The position numbers were made by a program, and so were the translations under genes. A model generated the notes under the pieces. That model did no database searches and was not told where the DNA came from. It was given only the letters and a program-made list of their open reading frames with translations. Positions 34,441-47,730 of a stretch of DNA of 64,000 bases are shown here, one piece after another (position 1 is the first letter of the stretch; each line of letters begins with the position of its first letter). The stretch comes from Octopus vulgaris (Eukaryota), in contig OX597830.1 in assembly GCA_951406725.2 (NCBI GenBank), positions 61,876,001 through 61,940,000 of the forward strand, in the 5' to 3' direction.

Positions 34441-37115
34441 GGCGCAGGAGTGGCTGTGTGGTAAGTAGCTTGCTAACAGGTTGCTTCTGCGCATGTGCGA
34501 GTCAGTGTTGTGTTTGGCACTGAAGCGGTGAAGACGTGCTTTTGAAGCCGTCTTGAATTGAAAATTTTTGAAGCCCCATTGTAAGGTAAGATTCTGTTTT
34601 CTGGGTTGGTGGGAATTTTGGTTGAAAATTGTTTTTTACAGGCAGGAAGTCCTACTCGATTCAGAATTCTGATTCTGCCGACATGGGGCAAATATATTTT
34701 TCTCGCTGAATTGTGAGAATTTTTGGGGGGCGTATTCGTCTTCGATAATTGAGTGAATATTTTTCTCACCTAATTATGAGAACTGTATTGTGCTGTGAAG
34801 AACTTTAAGAATTGTGAAAACTGTTATATAGGGGAGTGTTTTGCCTCCGAAGTTTGAACAATTTTTACCAATTTTACACCAATTTTTGCGGAAGTTGTGT
34901 TCCAGTTGCGGCGTTCCGGGTTCAATTTAGGCCGGGAGTACCGAATGGCCAGAAAGTTTTTGCTGTGTTATTGACTTTCTTTTTAACTTTATTTGACTTT
35001 CTCCTTTTTGCTCATTGTGACTTTCTTCTGATTTCTTTTTCTTCTCGCTTTTTAAGTTTTATTTTGAATATATTTAAAAAATTAAAATAAAATAAAAAAC
35101 ATGGCAATGAAAAATAACAAAGTTTTGAAATGGGAGATCATACCGCCTAAAAAGTGGTTAAAAGACCGTGAAGACAGGACGGTGGTGTTGAGAACCTACT
35201 CCAAGGCACTCGACACCATCGCCCTGTTCGAAAAGACGGCAATTGAAAAGGAGTTGGCAGAGTATTTGCCAACAATTAAATTCATTTCCAGGAGTGTCAA
35301 ATATGCAACGGTGTGGTTGCTATTTGACACCCCTGAAGAGGCTTGCAAATTTGCTAGTAAACCTCTGGAGGGTAAGGAAATTTTATTCCTGCCCACGTAC
35401 CAAAAAAGAGACTGACGAAAGCTTGGATTTGCGGGCTGCCACCTGGGATAGAGCCCGAGTGGATAGAGGAGACTATCCGCCGGGGTCTGGGTAGCAGCGA
35501 AACTAAACTCCTTAATGTAAAAGTTCTTCCTGCGGCTGCTTGGGTTGGGTCAAAAGCAATTTTGACCCTTTGGACCCAATCAGCCAATCTGGTTCTTCCA
35601 GATTTTTTGAAAATGGCCGGGTGCAGGTACCCGGTGATGCTTGAGGGTCGCCCCCTAAGTGTCATCGGTGCTTGGAGTCCGGCCATATAAAGAAGAACTG
35701 TCCCCGGGAACAAAATAGGATCCCGGAACAGTTAAGTGAAACCCCTGTAGAAGAGGGAATGATAACGGCCGAGGGAGCAGAGAAATCCTCAAACAGAGGC
35801 CGAAAGAGGAAGGTGAGCAACAATGGGTGCTCACCAAAGGATACTAGGGAAGAGGAGGGAAAGGCGAATCTTCCGGCCACGGAGGAGACGCACCCTCCCT
35901 CAGTTGAAAAGAAAAAAAAGAAAACGAGGAAGAGAAACGGGACATTACCGGCTGTCGGTGACATAGCACCGGAATGTCCCGGAACTACGTCGGTTGGGGT
36001 TGTGCCACCGACAGGAGAAGAAATACCGTTGGCGGGAACTGTGCCGCCAACGAAAGAATTGAATATTCCGCACCCGAGCAAAAACGAGGTATTGATCCTC
36101 TTCTATAGAGGCGGAGAGATTGAAAAGGTGATGGAAGAGCACCACAAGGGAGCACCTTTAGCCTTCACACAGGACCCCGAATGGCCTCCGCAGGTAGCTG
36201 TGGAGGCCGTGGAGTTCGACGTGACGCTTGGGCTGAAGGAGCTCAATGAGGATTATAGCTTGGTCCCGGGCGACGCTAACTCGGAACTCGATTACGTTCT
36301 GAGGGAGGCGTGGTGGATGGTGCAGGGCGCGGACACAAGTTATTTCGAGGACGAGTCAAATTGTGATACGACTTGAGGGGCCCCGACCTAGAGCTGGCGC
36401 ATTCCTAAGGGAAGTGTAAGCCAGGTCTGGGAGGAGGGGCTTTGTGTATTGTATTTATATATGTAATTATTGAACTATGTTGTTATTAGTAATGGACTGC
36501 TAAGTCCAAAAATTGAAAAAATTGTAAGAGGTTTAATACCTCGTTTTGTGTTTGTTTTTAAAAGAACAATGTTTTAGAGAAGCAGAAGTCGGCGGGCGCT
36601 TTTTGTCTTCTCCCATCCCCATCATCTTTCTTTCATTATCATTCACTTCATTAATGTCCTCGTCCAGCCCGCAAAGCTAACTTACTCTATGTACTGCCTT
36701 TATGGCAAATGTTATGAAATAAAGTAGCGTGCTTACCAACCACATGGTTCTGGGTTCAGTCCCACTGCGTGGCACATTGGGCAAGTGCCTTCTACTATAG
36801 CCTCGGGCTGACCAAAGCCTTGTGAGTGGATTTTGTAGACGGAAACTGAAAGAAGCCTGTCGTATATATGTATATATATATATGTATGTGTGTGTATATG
36901 TTTGTGAGTCTGTGTTTGTCCCTCTAGCATTGCTTGACAACTGATGCTAGTGTGTTTACGTCCCCGTAACTTAGCGGTTCGGCAAAAGGGACCGATAGAA
37001 TAAGTACTGGGCTTACAAAGAATAAGTCCCGGGGTCGATTTGCTCGACTAAAGGCGGTGCTCCAGCATGGCCGCAGTCAAATGACTGGAACAAGTAAAAG
37101 AGAGTAAAAGAGAGT
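34441..37115 (+). mobile_element. tRNA-derived SINE split after nt 37 by an ORF1-only element (parts 34441-34477 and 36722-37115)
   Basis: GGCGCAGGAGTGGCTGTGTGGTAAGTAGCTTGCTAAC resumes as ..CAACCACATGGTTCTGGGTTCAGTCCC, matching intact copies such as 63041. Confidence 0.85.
34478..36721 (+). mobile_element. ORF1-only Tx1/L1-like element (HAL1-like)
   Basis: 5' UTR, ORF1 35101-36376 with two frameshifts and a CHRCLESGHIKKNC knuckle, ~345-bp 3' UTR ending at AATAAA; ~15-bp TSD AAGTAGCTTGCTAAC / AAGTAGCGTGCTTAC. Confidence 0.75.
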
Positions 37116-37144
37116 GATGGACACAAAATGTGTGGAAGTCTTTC

Positions 37145-37188
<44 letters not shown>

Positions 37189-37407
37189 GTGTGTGTGTGA
37201 GTATGGTTGTATGTTGGTGTGTTGACGTCTTTGTTTATCTCTTACCACTGCTTGTATTGTTTATGTATCTGTAACCTAGCAGTTCAGCAAACAAGAGGCC
37301 TACGGAATAAATACCGACTTAAAACAAGTACTGTGCTTGATTTGTTCGACTAAAGCCAGCAAAAAAAAATGCCCCAGCAAAGTAAAGGAATATGTGTGCG
37401 CGTGTGC

Positions 37408-38074
37408 ACATACGTACATACATACATACATACACACATACATACATACATTCATGCATACACACACATGCATACATACACACATACATACATCCATACA
37501 TACATACATACATACATACATGCATACATACATACATACATACATACATACATACATACATACATACATGCACACATACATACATACATACATACATACA
37601 TACACACATGCATACATACATACATACATACATACATACACACACACACATGCATACATACATACATACATACATACATACACACATACATACATACATA
37701 CATACATACATACATACATACATACATACATACATACATACATACAAATATACATACATACATACATACATACACACACACACATGCATACATACATACA
37801 TACATACATACACACACATGCATACATACATACATACATACATACATACATACATACATACATACATACATACATACATACATACACACATACATACATA
37901 CATTCATACATACACACATACATACATACATACATACACACACACACATACATGCATACATACATACATGCATACATACATACACACATACATACATACA
38001 TTCATACATACACACACATGCATACATACATACATACATACATACATACATACATACATACATACATACAAATA

Positions 38075-38106
<32 letters not shown>

Positions 38107-38211
38107 CACATACATACATACATACAAACATACATACATACATACATACATACATACATACATACATACATACATACATTCATACACACATACATACATA
38201 CATACATACAT

Positions 38212-38242
<31 letters not shown>

Positions 38243-38258
38243 TACATACATACATACA

Positions 38259-38290
<32 letters not shown>
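37408..38290. repeat. Compound (CATA)n microsatellite, ~880 bp
   Basis: CATA runs with recurring CACACATG, CAAATATA and CATT variants. Confidence 0.95.
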
Positions 38291-38305
<15 letters not shown>

Positions 38306-38344
38306 TGTATTTCGGGACGATCATTTTTTTTTTGCCATATAAAC

Positions 38345-38552
38345 ACACGCACCATCAATTTGTTCTTCACTCGTTTATTACTGTTCTTTTTATTTTTTTT
38401 TATTTTAACTCATGTCCATTGCCCAGAATCTTTCGTCACACCTCTGTGACCTCTTCAGCGACATTTTATCATTTTCGTGTGTGCTCTTGCTCTGCTTACT
38501 CCATTCTGCGCTTCTAAGCTGCGTATCCTTATGTGCGCATGCGTTTTCGCCC

Positions 38553-38611
<59 letters not shown>

Positions 38612-39420
38612 TTTGTGTGTGTTTGTGTGTATATGGGTTCGCTTCGTATGTTGTTTGTATCCTTGCCCTTTATATAGATTTATTTATTTATTTATATATT
38701 TCCTCTATCTCTTTTTCTTATATTTATCACATGTATATGACAAATATATTTATTTATTTATCAATTTATATATTTATTTATTATTTTTATTTATCTATCA
38801 CTATTTCGTATCTGTATCACAGGTAAGTGCATGTATGTCTATTATGTGTGTATGTATCTGTGTATTATTTACGTTTTTTCTCTCCTCTTCCCACCTGTCT
38901 TTAGTTATGTAGTGGTGGGTATTACTCTTCCATTCGTGTTTTCTATTGAGGCTAGGTTTGTCTACTGTTATGTGTAGCCTCTGTGATCTGTCTAAGTATC
39001 GTGCCAGTTCTATGGGTTGATAATACTTTAACCTCCATGCTATTAATCGAACCTCCATGTTCTGCCTAAACATGTTGGTAGAGCACTAACGAGATTTTCT
39101 CTTCTTTGAGCTCTCGCCAATGCTCACCTATACGCTCTCCTAAGCTGTGTGCAGTCTCTCCAATGTAAGTAGTTGGCATGTTTCTGCACCGTCCTTCAGT
39201 ACAACGTAAGCTATACACTACATTCCTAAACTTACAGCTAACCCGTGGGTTCATCTTACATACAACACAGTTGTACTCCGTACAAGGAGACTTATCATAG
39301 GGATAGGTACTACAGATCAGGGATTTTATACGGGCGCCAGGCCTCTCTACTACTTTAATCCGTAGATTAGCCTTACTTAATGTTTTTCTAAAGTAGCATA
39401 CCTTTTTATGATGTGCAAAT
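38345..39420 (-). mobile_element. Penelope-like 3' remnant (GIY-YIG plus hammerhead motif)
   Basis: CVVC..RNVVYSLRC..TYIGETAHSLGERIGEH; CTGAAGA-G-GTCAC-AGAGGT-GTGAC-GAAA at 38431-38458. Confidence 0.8.
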
Positions 39421-39651
39421 GTTCCGAGGTGTGACTGAATGTAATTCAACTGTAGGCAAGAAACTGTGTTCCTCGCATGCCCAGGTGGCTTTTGCTTTTA
39501 ATTACTTTTGTTTTATTGCCTGAGTGATCTATCTGTGCATACAGCATTGATGCGACATGCACAATTTTGTGTGCATTTTATTTTGTTTGATGAAAAGAGA
39601 AGATAAAGTGATAGAGATAAGAGAAGTACAAAAGGAGACAAAGAAAAATTA

Positions 39652-40411
39652 GGATCTTTACCTTTAGCGTTTTTGAGAAAAGTTTTTATTTACGAAGTTA
39701 TTTCGTTTTAAAGTTGTCGTATTTCGGTAATTTCAACCAATCAATGACGTGTATTCAGCTGAATAGAATTACTGCTGTTGTTTGTCAACAACTTCCGACG
39801 GTGTATATTTCGTTTGTCACTGTTTTTTATGACATATTTCATCTCAGTTACGTTTGTATGAATAAACGAGTGTATCTCAAACATGTTTACTTCATGGCAC
39901 CACCATAATCGTTCGTGCTTCATTTTTCATTTTTTCCGTAACTCTAACCCTAAAACCTCAGTCCTAACCCTAAAACCTCAGTCCTAACCCTAACCCTAAA
40001 ACCTTAACTCTAAACCTAACCCTATAACCCTAGCCCTAAAACCCTAACCCTAAAACCCTAACCCGAAAACCCTAACCCTAACACCCTAACCCTAAAACCT
40101 TAAAGCTAAAGCCAGTACAAACGCACGAACGATGTCATAAATAACAGTGACAAACTAAATATACACCGCCGATAGTTGTTGTAGACAAACAACGGCAGTA
40201 ATTTTATTCAGCTGAATACACATCATTGATTGGTTGAAATTACCGAAATACGACAACTTTAAAACGAAATAACTTGGTAAATATAAACTTTTCTCAAAAA
40301 TGCTAAGAGTAAAAGATATTTTATATGACACATTCTACCAGTATACGAAGTTTGAAAGTGTTTAGTTACAAAAAATATTTTCTAAATCTGCCGGTCAAAA
40401 GGTAAAGATCC
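39652..40411. mobile_element. Merlin-like fold-back MITE with an internal telomere-like array
   Basis: GGATCTTTACCTTT / AAAGGTAAAGATCC termini; perfect TSD AAAAATTA; long inverted arms; (CCCTAA/AACCCTA)-variant array ~39939-40105. Confidence 0.85.
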
Positions 40412-40899
40412 AAAAATTAAGAGCGAACAGAAATGATGTGGATTACAAATAAAATAGCTTACTTTTTTTTCTTAGATATAGCAACATGAATAGCAAACTA
40501 GCGGCAATCAAAACAACTTTGAAAATCTTTTTCAGGATACCCAGCATTTCACCTAGAATATAGCAAATCATCAAAACAACATTTAAATTGGTTTCTTTAT
40601 AATTAAAAAATTATTGGGAAATAAAGAATTAGATAATCAAGCATGAAACTTTAATTTTGACTGTAAAGACAAAGTAAAATGGCGAGTAGATTTTAATCAA
40701 AATCTAAAAATAAATTTATTCAAATGGTATTGATAAAATATATGTGCAGAATTCTCGTGTTCTCTATGTGGTAATATCAACATGTGTGTTGGTGTGAAAC
40801 GGGCAGATGAGAAATAATACCAGCATTCAAGTATTATATCTTTAGAGCTATTGAAACGTTTTCTTTTTCGTTGCTTCATGAGTAACTTGGATTAACATT

Positions 40900-42100
40900 G
40901 ATGGAGACTATCGTCAATTTGTTGAACTCAGTATATAACTAAGGTGGCATAATCTAACGAGCATTGGACAAAAATCATTGCAGTAATTATTCTGATTGTT
41001 TTGCGCTCTAATTGCCTGCACCATAATTTATATAGTATGTACTGGAGGGTGACTAGTCAGCAACAATGGTGTGATCTAGCAGTTAGCTTCCTACTCAAAA
41101 AGATGAAAGACAGGTGGAAACCAGAAGTGTGAATTTAGTTGGTGATATTCTAGTACCTGACACGGTCAAATATGTTGTTGAAGAAGAGGATTGCTAATAT
41201 CACCTTTGAGGTGTTGGAAATGACAGTTGTCAGGATCAGAGATGTTGCTCTTCCTAAGAATGTAGCATGTTTCCAATGACTGGAATAGATTGAAGAGTTT
41301 GGTGAAGGTAGAGCTAGCGCTGAAGTACGTTTGGTGAGTAACGGACGGAGTATTTTCATGGCTGCTGGGGTTATTGGTCTGATGTTATCAAAGATGTTTC
41401 CGCAGTTGTTATTTAGCCCCACGTTATATCTGATAAAATATATCCACGGTTATATAAAACTATGATAAAAAGCATTACAGCTGTGGACGAGTTCTTTTTC
41501 CAGCCCAGTGTTTCGAGAACCACATTATTGAATGTATTGTTCCCTCGTTTTACAGACGGTAGGATGTGATTTGAAGGATGTTTAGTTGCTATTTCTAACA
41601 GATTAAAAAAAAAGCAAGTAAAGGCTTCCCACGGGAATATGTTTGAGAGAATGTGAGTTATGGGATAAGGAATAAAAATCTTGAAGAGTCTTCTTAACTG
41701 AGTATATAGTGACTTTGTATATAATTCGAGATGCAAGTATGGAAGATTTCTCCACAACAGTGCTACTTACGGTGCCATCTAGGCTGAGGTGTGGTGAATA
41801 GAAGGATTAAGCAAAGTTGGTAGACTAAAGTATCTTTTGAAACAGTAACGAGTTGTGACAGTGAATAAAAATCGTTCAGCTGGCACAGAAGTTTCGCCAT
41901 GTGTTAAAAGCATTTTTTTTTTGTCAGCACTGATGTAGCCCACTGTTATGGGAAGCACTTGAATAATATGAGGTTATGAGCTTTGGTGGCTCAGATGAGC
42001 CAGGAAAGAATCGCAATTGCATTGGTAATGTTAAATAGTGGAACTAAATAGCTAACATGATATGCTATAGAAGGAAGGTTTCGAATGCAATACTAGAAGT
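40900..42100 (-). pseudogene. Highly degraded LINE (CR1/Jockey-like) remnant
   Basis: Scattered similarity only (..SHWKHA.., SDPDN, SKV) across frames. Confidence 0.35.
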
Positions 42101-43555
42101 ATGTGAATGCATGGTAAGTAATTTTAAGTAGTGGATGGGCAGCCAATAGATACAGAGACGATGGTAGTTGGATAAATGTTGAGTTTAGGTGTTTAGCAAT
42201 GCCTGTGTATCAATCCGTAGTACTAGAAATTAATTAAGAGATCCAGTTTGGCAAATTTAAATATGCAGCACGGATTTTTGTCAGTGAAGAGGTCGCGGTC
42301 TTAAAGCGACGAAAATATTTTGACAAATTAAACTTAAATGTTGAAGTGAATCGAACGGCTTTTGTGTGTTTCTTAAATGGCTTGCAAACACCTTCCACAA
42401 ATTTAAATAGCTGCAGCAAATAGTCATAAAAACTCAAGATATAATTAATGTTTCGCAAGAGTACTAGAAAATATATCAAATAACCAGAGGATTTTTCTTT
42501 TTCAATCACTGACATTAAGGAGATGGAAATTAATTCATAATTTGATTCCAAACTTCATCAGCTGATGAAAATTGATAGGGAAGGCATTGTGGTCGTTTGT
42601 ATAATCGAAAGTTAAAATCTAAGCTTCAAGCAAAAACTATACAGTAAACGATAACAAACAATAACACAGCATGCAAAGGTGAAACCCAAAGAAAGAGGGA
42701 AAGCTTTTTCATATGACAGCTGGTTGCGATCTTCCTACATAAAAAGAAATTATTAGGTAAATTCCATATATTAATAAAGGGAATGTAAGTTGATCGATGG
42801 TTATTTTATCGACAGGGTAACAAATACGAGATCAATTGTCTAGATCAAAGGATTTTGACCGGCCAGTGAGAACTGATGCCCAATGAGTTTTTTTGATTGA
42901 TTCTAGTTTCAGCTCACGAACTCTGGCCATGCTGGTTGTTTATTTAAGATTTAAATTTATTGTAATACGAGACTGTTGAATACAATAAAAGGCCTGCTGT
43001 CACATTCTTCCACAAATCTTCTGATTCACTTTACCTAATGTCCACCACCAACCGGATGTGAATGCCTTGACAGCAAAAACACAATTAAAAATTCCTTGCA
43101 AAAGTAGGGCTCCGCACATCATTTTCGCTCACACAGCACAAAAATAATAACAATAATAATATAATCTGAAACATTTCTACCCAATTCTCGCGTAAAAAAT
43201 AAAGCAAAAAAACTGAGAGCCGACTTGAGCCTACCGACGGACATAAAAAGTCTTCTCCAACTTTTAATGGTTTATTTCATTATTGTATTTTTTTCAAATA
43301 ATTCATTTATTGTCATCGTTTAAAATCTCATTTGTTTCTTCTTATTCCCCTTACCACTATGCGATTACCTATTTCCGCCTTTATTATCATCATCATCATT
43401 ATCATTATCGCCCACATTATACAAGTTATTCGCCATGACCAAACAAGGCTTTCGAATACGATAAAAGGTCTGCCATTAAAATAAGTAGAATTATTCGGAT
43501 GCAAAATTTTAAATTTTAATTTTAATTTTATTCGTAAGAAAAAATTTCGATAACC

Positions 43556-43855
43556 ATGAATGCAAAACGAAGAAAGGTAGATGCTGAATGCCGAATTTTC
43601 CAAGAAACTTGGACGTTAGATTCGTTCTTCATTGAGCATAGTGGGAACCCGACTTGTCTCATATTTCTAGAAAGCATTGCTGTGAATAAGGTAACAAATA
43701 TTAGGCGACATTACGAGATGCACCATTGTGAAAATTTTAGGACATTTACAGGACAAGCAAGGAAAGATGAAGTTGAGTGGTTGAAGTCTAGTTTTGGAAA
43801 ACAAACGTCATTTTTTAAAAACAGAAAAGGCGAAAATGTGGCAAATACAATAGCA
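43556..43855 (+). pseudogene. hAT transposase N-terminal fragment (SPIN/GTF2IRD2-like zinc finger)
   Basis: KRRKVDAECRIFQETW..FFIE..PTCLI..NIRRHYEMHH. Confidence 0.8.
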
Positions 43856-43859
43856 GGCA

Positions 43860-44865
43860 TGAGAGTTGAGCCCATGCGGCGCAAAGGAGCGAATAGAGAA
43901 GATTAATCCCTGCTCGCGGCGAAAACGGGAGTCCGGATGGTCCCGCTGCAAGGACAATCCGAACACAGACAGGTGTTGTAAAGAGTGACCGGTAGAGCGG
44001 AAATGGTGCGTGACCGAGGTGTCGTTGCCGAGCCGGATGTCTCGGAGGTGTTCCGCGAACCGGTCAGCCGAGCGGCGTCCCGTTTGACCGATGAATAGAG
44101 AGGTCTCGTAGGTTGTGGGCTGGTTTGAATTGAAGGAGGGGAGGAGTCGGTTAGGGAAGATATGCGAAGTGAAGGGGTCGGACTGGAGTCGCCGGAAGGC
44201 TCAGAGAATGGTGCATTGGAGAGGTAAGGTGGTAGGTGAGGGGAAATGAGAGACAGGTGACAGCGGGGCGGGGGCGGAAAGAGAGAGCACATGCAAGGTC
44301 CACGGAACGTGTTCTGGCAAGGGCGGTGTAGATATTGGTGAGGGGATATCCACGTAGGATGAAATGGCGAGCCATGAGTTGAGACTGAGTCTCAAAGTCA
44401 TGGTTGTTATTGCAGAGCCTGCGTAGACGGATGAATTGGGAATAGGGGATGGAGAGTTTGATGTGTTTAGGGTGGGAAGAGGAGGAAGAGAAGAAGGAGG
44501 AGGAGTCTGTGTGTTTGTAGTGGATGGAGGTGGTGAGAGTGGAGTGATGAATTCTGACCGAAATGTCAAGAAAGGCGACTGAGGTGCCGGAAATAGTGCA
44601 GGAGAAGTGGAGAGCGGGATGGAAAGATTTGACAAAAGAGAGGAAAATGTCTAGATGTTCGCGGGATAGTGAGGTCGTACCGATACAGTCGTCAGTATAA
44701 CGACCGTATAGTTCAGGAGTGTGACCAGTGAATATTTGGGCTTCAATGTAGCCAACGAACAGGTTCGCATAGTTGGGGCCCATTCTCGTTCCCCTGGCCA
44801 CTCCCGAGATCTGCTGGTAACAATCACCCGCGAGCGAGAAGCAGTTAAGTAAGAGGACAAGTACG
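43860..44865 (-). mobile_element. Penelope-like (Poseidon-type) RT and GIY-YIG fragment
   Basis: YQQISGVARGTRMGPNYANLFVG, RYTDD, AFLDI, YKHTDS, IPYSQFIRLRRLC. Confidence 0.88.
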
Positions 44866-44868
44866 GCA

Positions 44869-45757
44869 TAATGTGGTGCATAAATTGTCAAGTAAATGAG
44901 AGGCATTTTTACCGCCACTGATTCAGTTGCAAAGTGTCGAGTAAAGTTATTTATTGCAGACCTCCTTTCAGTCTTATTATCACTCGGTCACACATAGTCC
45001 CCAGATGGTAAAATTGATTTCAAGGCCTTCCCAGATGAGTGACTGCTTATTCAAAGACATTTATAGATTGTAAATTTATTCTGTCCAGTTACGTATTAGT
45101 ATAGTAGTCATTTGCAAACTCCAGAGGTTACACTTTCATTACTCCTTAGCCCTCACGTCACACAGTTGTTAATGTTTATTTCAGTTGGGTTATGCCCTTC
45201 CAATTGCTATTGATTCGTAATGCATCTTACGGCTGTGCCTGTCACCTTGATGGTGAGGAATCCTACATTGGGAGTGGTAACAACTAGGGCAGGGTAGCTG
45301 ACTGCTTATTGTGATCATTCGTCTTTTGGTTTCCTGTAGCTTTGCTCTCTTTTACAAACCCAGTGAAGATATATTTCCTATTTCAAAGAAATTCAAACAA
45401 TAGATATAAGACCCAAGTTAAAAAGATTCTCAACAATTCAACTTCTCTGCTTGACATTAAGATGCCCACATAACTCTCACATTTTAGAGCTCCATGACCT
45501 TCATTTTTCATGAGCAAAATCCTTTTAACAGGTTCAATAAGACTGGAATTTTGGAATATGCGCATAAAAATCAGTAGTGTGGGATACATGTGGCACGATT
45601 ACAATTTATTTTTAGGGTGTGTAAAAAGGGAAATAACCCTCATCTGCAATTTTGATGAAATTCGAAACATAGGTATTCCAGTTCATTACAGAAAATATAA
45701 CAGAAAAGTCTAATTCTTCAATTGAATGTAACACTGGCAACGCCAGGTATCTCTATA
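44869..45757 (+). mobile_element. Helitron 3' portion
   Basis: Inverted homolog of 8296-9390 lacking the RTE insert; ends CTGGCAACGCCAGG-TATCTCTATATAG (degenerate terminus). Confidence 0.75.
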
Positions 45758-45759
45758 TA

Positions 45760-45827
<68 letters not shown>

Positions 45828-45850
45828 AAGAAGCAACAAGAATGGATTAG

Positions 45851-45942
45851 TTTTTAGTACAATTGTTTCATACAAAGACAGGCTTTATTAAAAGTTGCAA
45901 AAATTGCAGCAGATAAAAGTGTCCCGTACTCATCAGCTAAAA
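45851..45942 (-). ncRNA. Type I hammerhead ribozyme, apparently intact
   Basis: TTTTAG-CTGATGA-GTACGGGACA..TGTCTTTGTAT-GAAAC-AATT-GTA-CTAAAA; stems I, II and III all pair. Confidence 0.7.
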
Positions 45943-46282
45943 TACATATGAGTTCTCCAAACATCTTAGTGGGTGAGGCCATACTCATGAAATATTGGAG
46001 ATAATTTCATTAAAAGCAGATTTAGGTTGTAAACAGATTTCCGAAGTTCCTTAATGATGATGCACAGTCTTATCACAGGTTTTTAAAAAAGCTTATTAGC
46101 TTCAGAGAGAAGGTGAATTAATCCGTAGTGTAGATGTAAATTTCCAGAGATATGAGGAGGAATTTCATACTCACAGACGATGAATTTATCCATGGTTAAT
46201 CCGCAATGAGGTGGTATCATTTCATGCTATATGATAAGGTATTTGCCACATTACTGTTCTTTTCACAAGACTGCTAAGTTAT

Positions 46283-46320
<38 letters not shown>

Positions 46321-46405
46321 TAAAATGAGATAGGGGTTGAAAATTCAACCCACCATGGGATAATATATATCCAATATACTGCCAGATAGGTACCTTAACT
46401 GTATC

Positions 46406-46469
<64 letters not shown>

Positions 46470-46810
46470 AGTAATTTTATTAACTTTTATAACTTTAGAA
46501 TTTTATGAACTGAACCATGGTTTTAATTTTAATTATTATTTTTCATCTCCCTATGTGTTAGTTTTTTTTAAAAAAACTTTTAGCCAAATATGTATAATAT
46601 CGGTACTTATTAATATTAATATATACACTGATATATATTTTGTTTTTTTTGTTCTGCTTACCTTCCTTTATTGTACAAATGAGTATTATATTATATAAGT
46701 GTAGCATTATGATGTATAAGTTTTTATATTTTATATTTTTATATTTTTATATTTATATGTATATGATTATATAATATTTTTCACAATTATAACAAATTTA
46801 ATTTAATTCT

Positions 46811-46916
46811 CTGAAGAGGCCGTGGGGCATCCTTGTTAATGCCTCATTTATACCTGCCTTTATGACTTATAGGTTAAATGAGGTATGACTGCCCTCACTG
46901 CCGAAACAGCTGTCAG
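46811..46916 (+). ncRNA. Hammerhead motif in a non-autonomous PLE-like element (~46320-47110)
   Basis: CTGAAGA-GGCCGTGGGGCA..TGCCCTCACTGCC-GAAAC-AGCT-GTC-AG. Confidence 0.65.
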
Positions 46917-47108
46917 TTTTGATTTAATTGCATATTATATTTGAAATTTTTTACTTATATCTCTTTATCTTTTTACTATTACTGTATATCTCATTTTGTA
47001 TAATGCCTTTACTCATATGTAATGGTGTATTAAAGTATTGATTGGGTATCATCGGATGGTTGATGTTTTATTGATTTAAGTATGTTTCTCCATTCTCTAA
47101 TTTTGTAG

Positions 47109-47154
<46 letters not shown>

Positions 47155-47158
<4 letters not shown>

Positions 47159-47730
47159 CAAAGAAGAAAAAGGAGAAAATAATTAGTTGACAAACATCAG
47201 CTTACAAACATCATTTGAATCTATTTATTAATTGCAATCATATGGACAAATAAATAAATAAATAAATAAATGAATAAGAATGAGTTCATAAAATTTTCCT
47301 CTTACAGCATATATATGTATATGCATGTATGTATATGCATTAGTGTATGTGTATGTATTTGTATGTGGACGTGATTGTACGTATATATGGATACAAATGT
47401 ATGTACATAGGTTTGTGTGTGTCTGTGTGTGTGTGTGTGTGCGTGTGTATGTGTGTGTGTGTATTTCTCTAATGAAGCTTTGGGGCTCAATTATTGTCCA
47501 ACTTTTGTACAATCTTTGTACAATCACTGTATAATATTTTGTGTAATATTAGTATATGTCAACTTTGGCATACCGGACCCCGGAAGCATAAACAGCTGTA
47601 AGAGGAAAATTTTATTCACACATTTATTCTTATTTATTTATTTATTTATTTATCCATATGATTATAATTAATAAATAGATTCAATTGATGTTTGTCAGCT
47701 AATTATCTTCTCCATTTTCTTCTTTGCCTT
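47155..47730. repeat. ~150-bp inverted repeat pair (PLE-tail-like)
   Basis: 47155-47308 is the reverse complement of 47594-47730 (GCTGTAAGAGGAAAATTTTAT..TTCTCCATTTTCTTCTTTGC). Confidence 0.7.

Noticed and set aside
37300-38517. Long ORFs of 200-380 aa (HTYI/MYVC repeats)
   Set aside because: Translations of the (CATA)n microsatellite; not protein-coding evidence.
39939-40105. Chromosome end or telomere fusion site
   Set aside because: Degenerate repeats enclosed within a TIR/TSD-bounded element.
42622-42711. Minus-strand MKKLSLFLWVSPLHAVLLFVIVYCIVFA as the sulfotransferase membrane anchor
   Set aside because: Ends in a stop codon with no suitable phase-1 donor seen.
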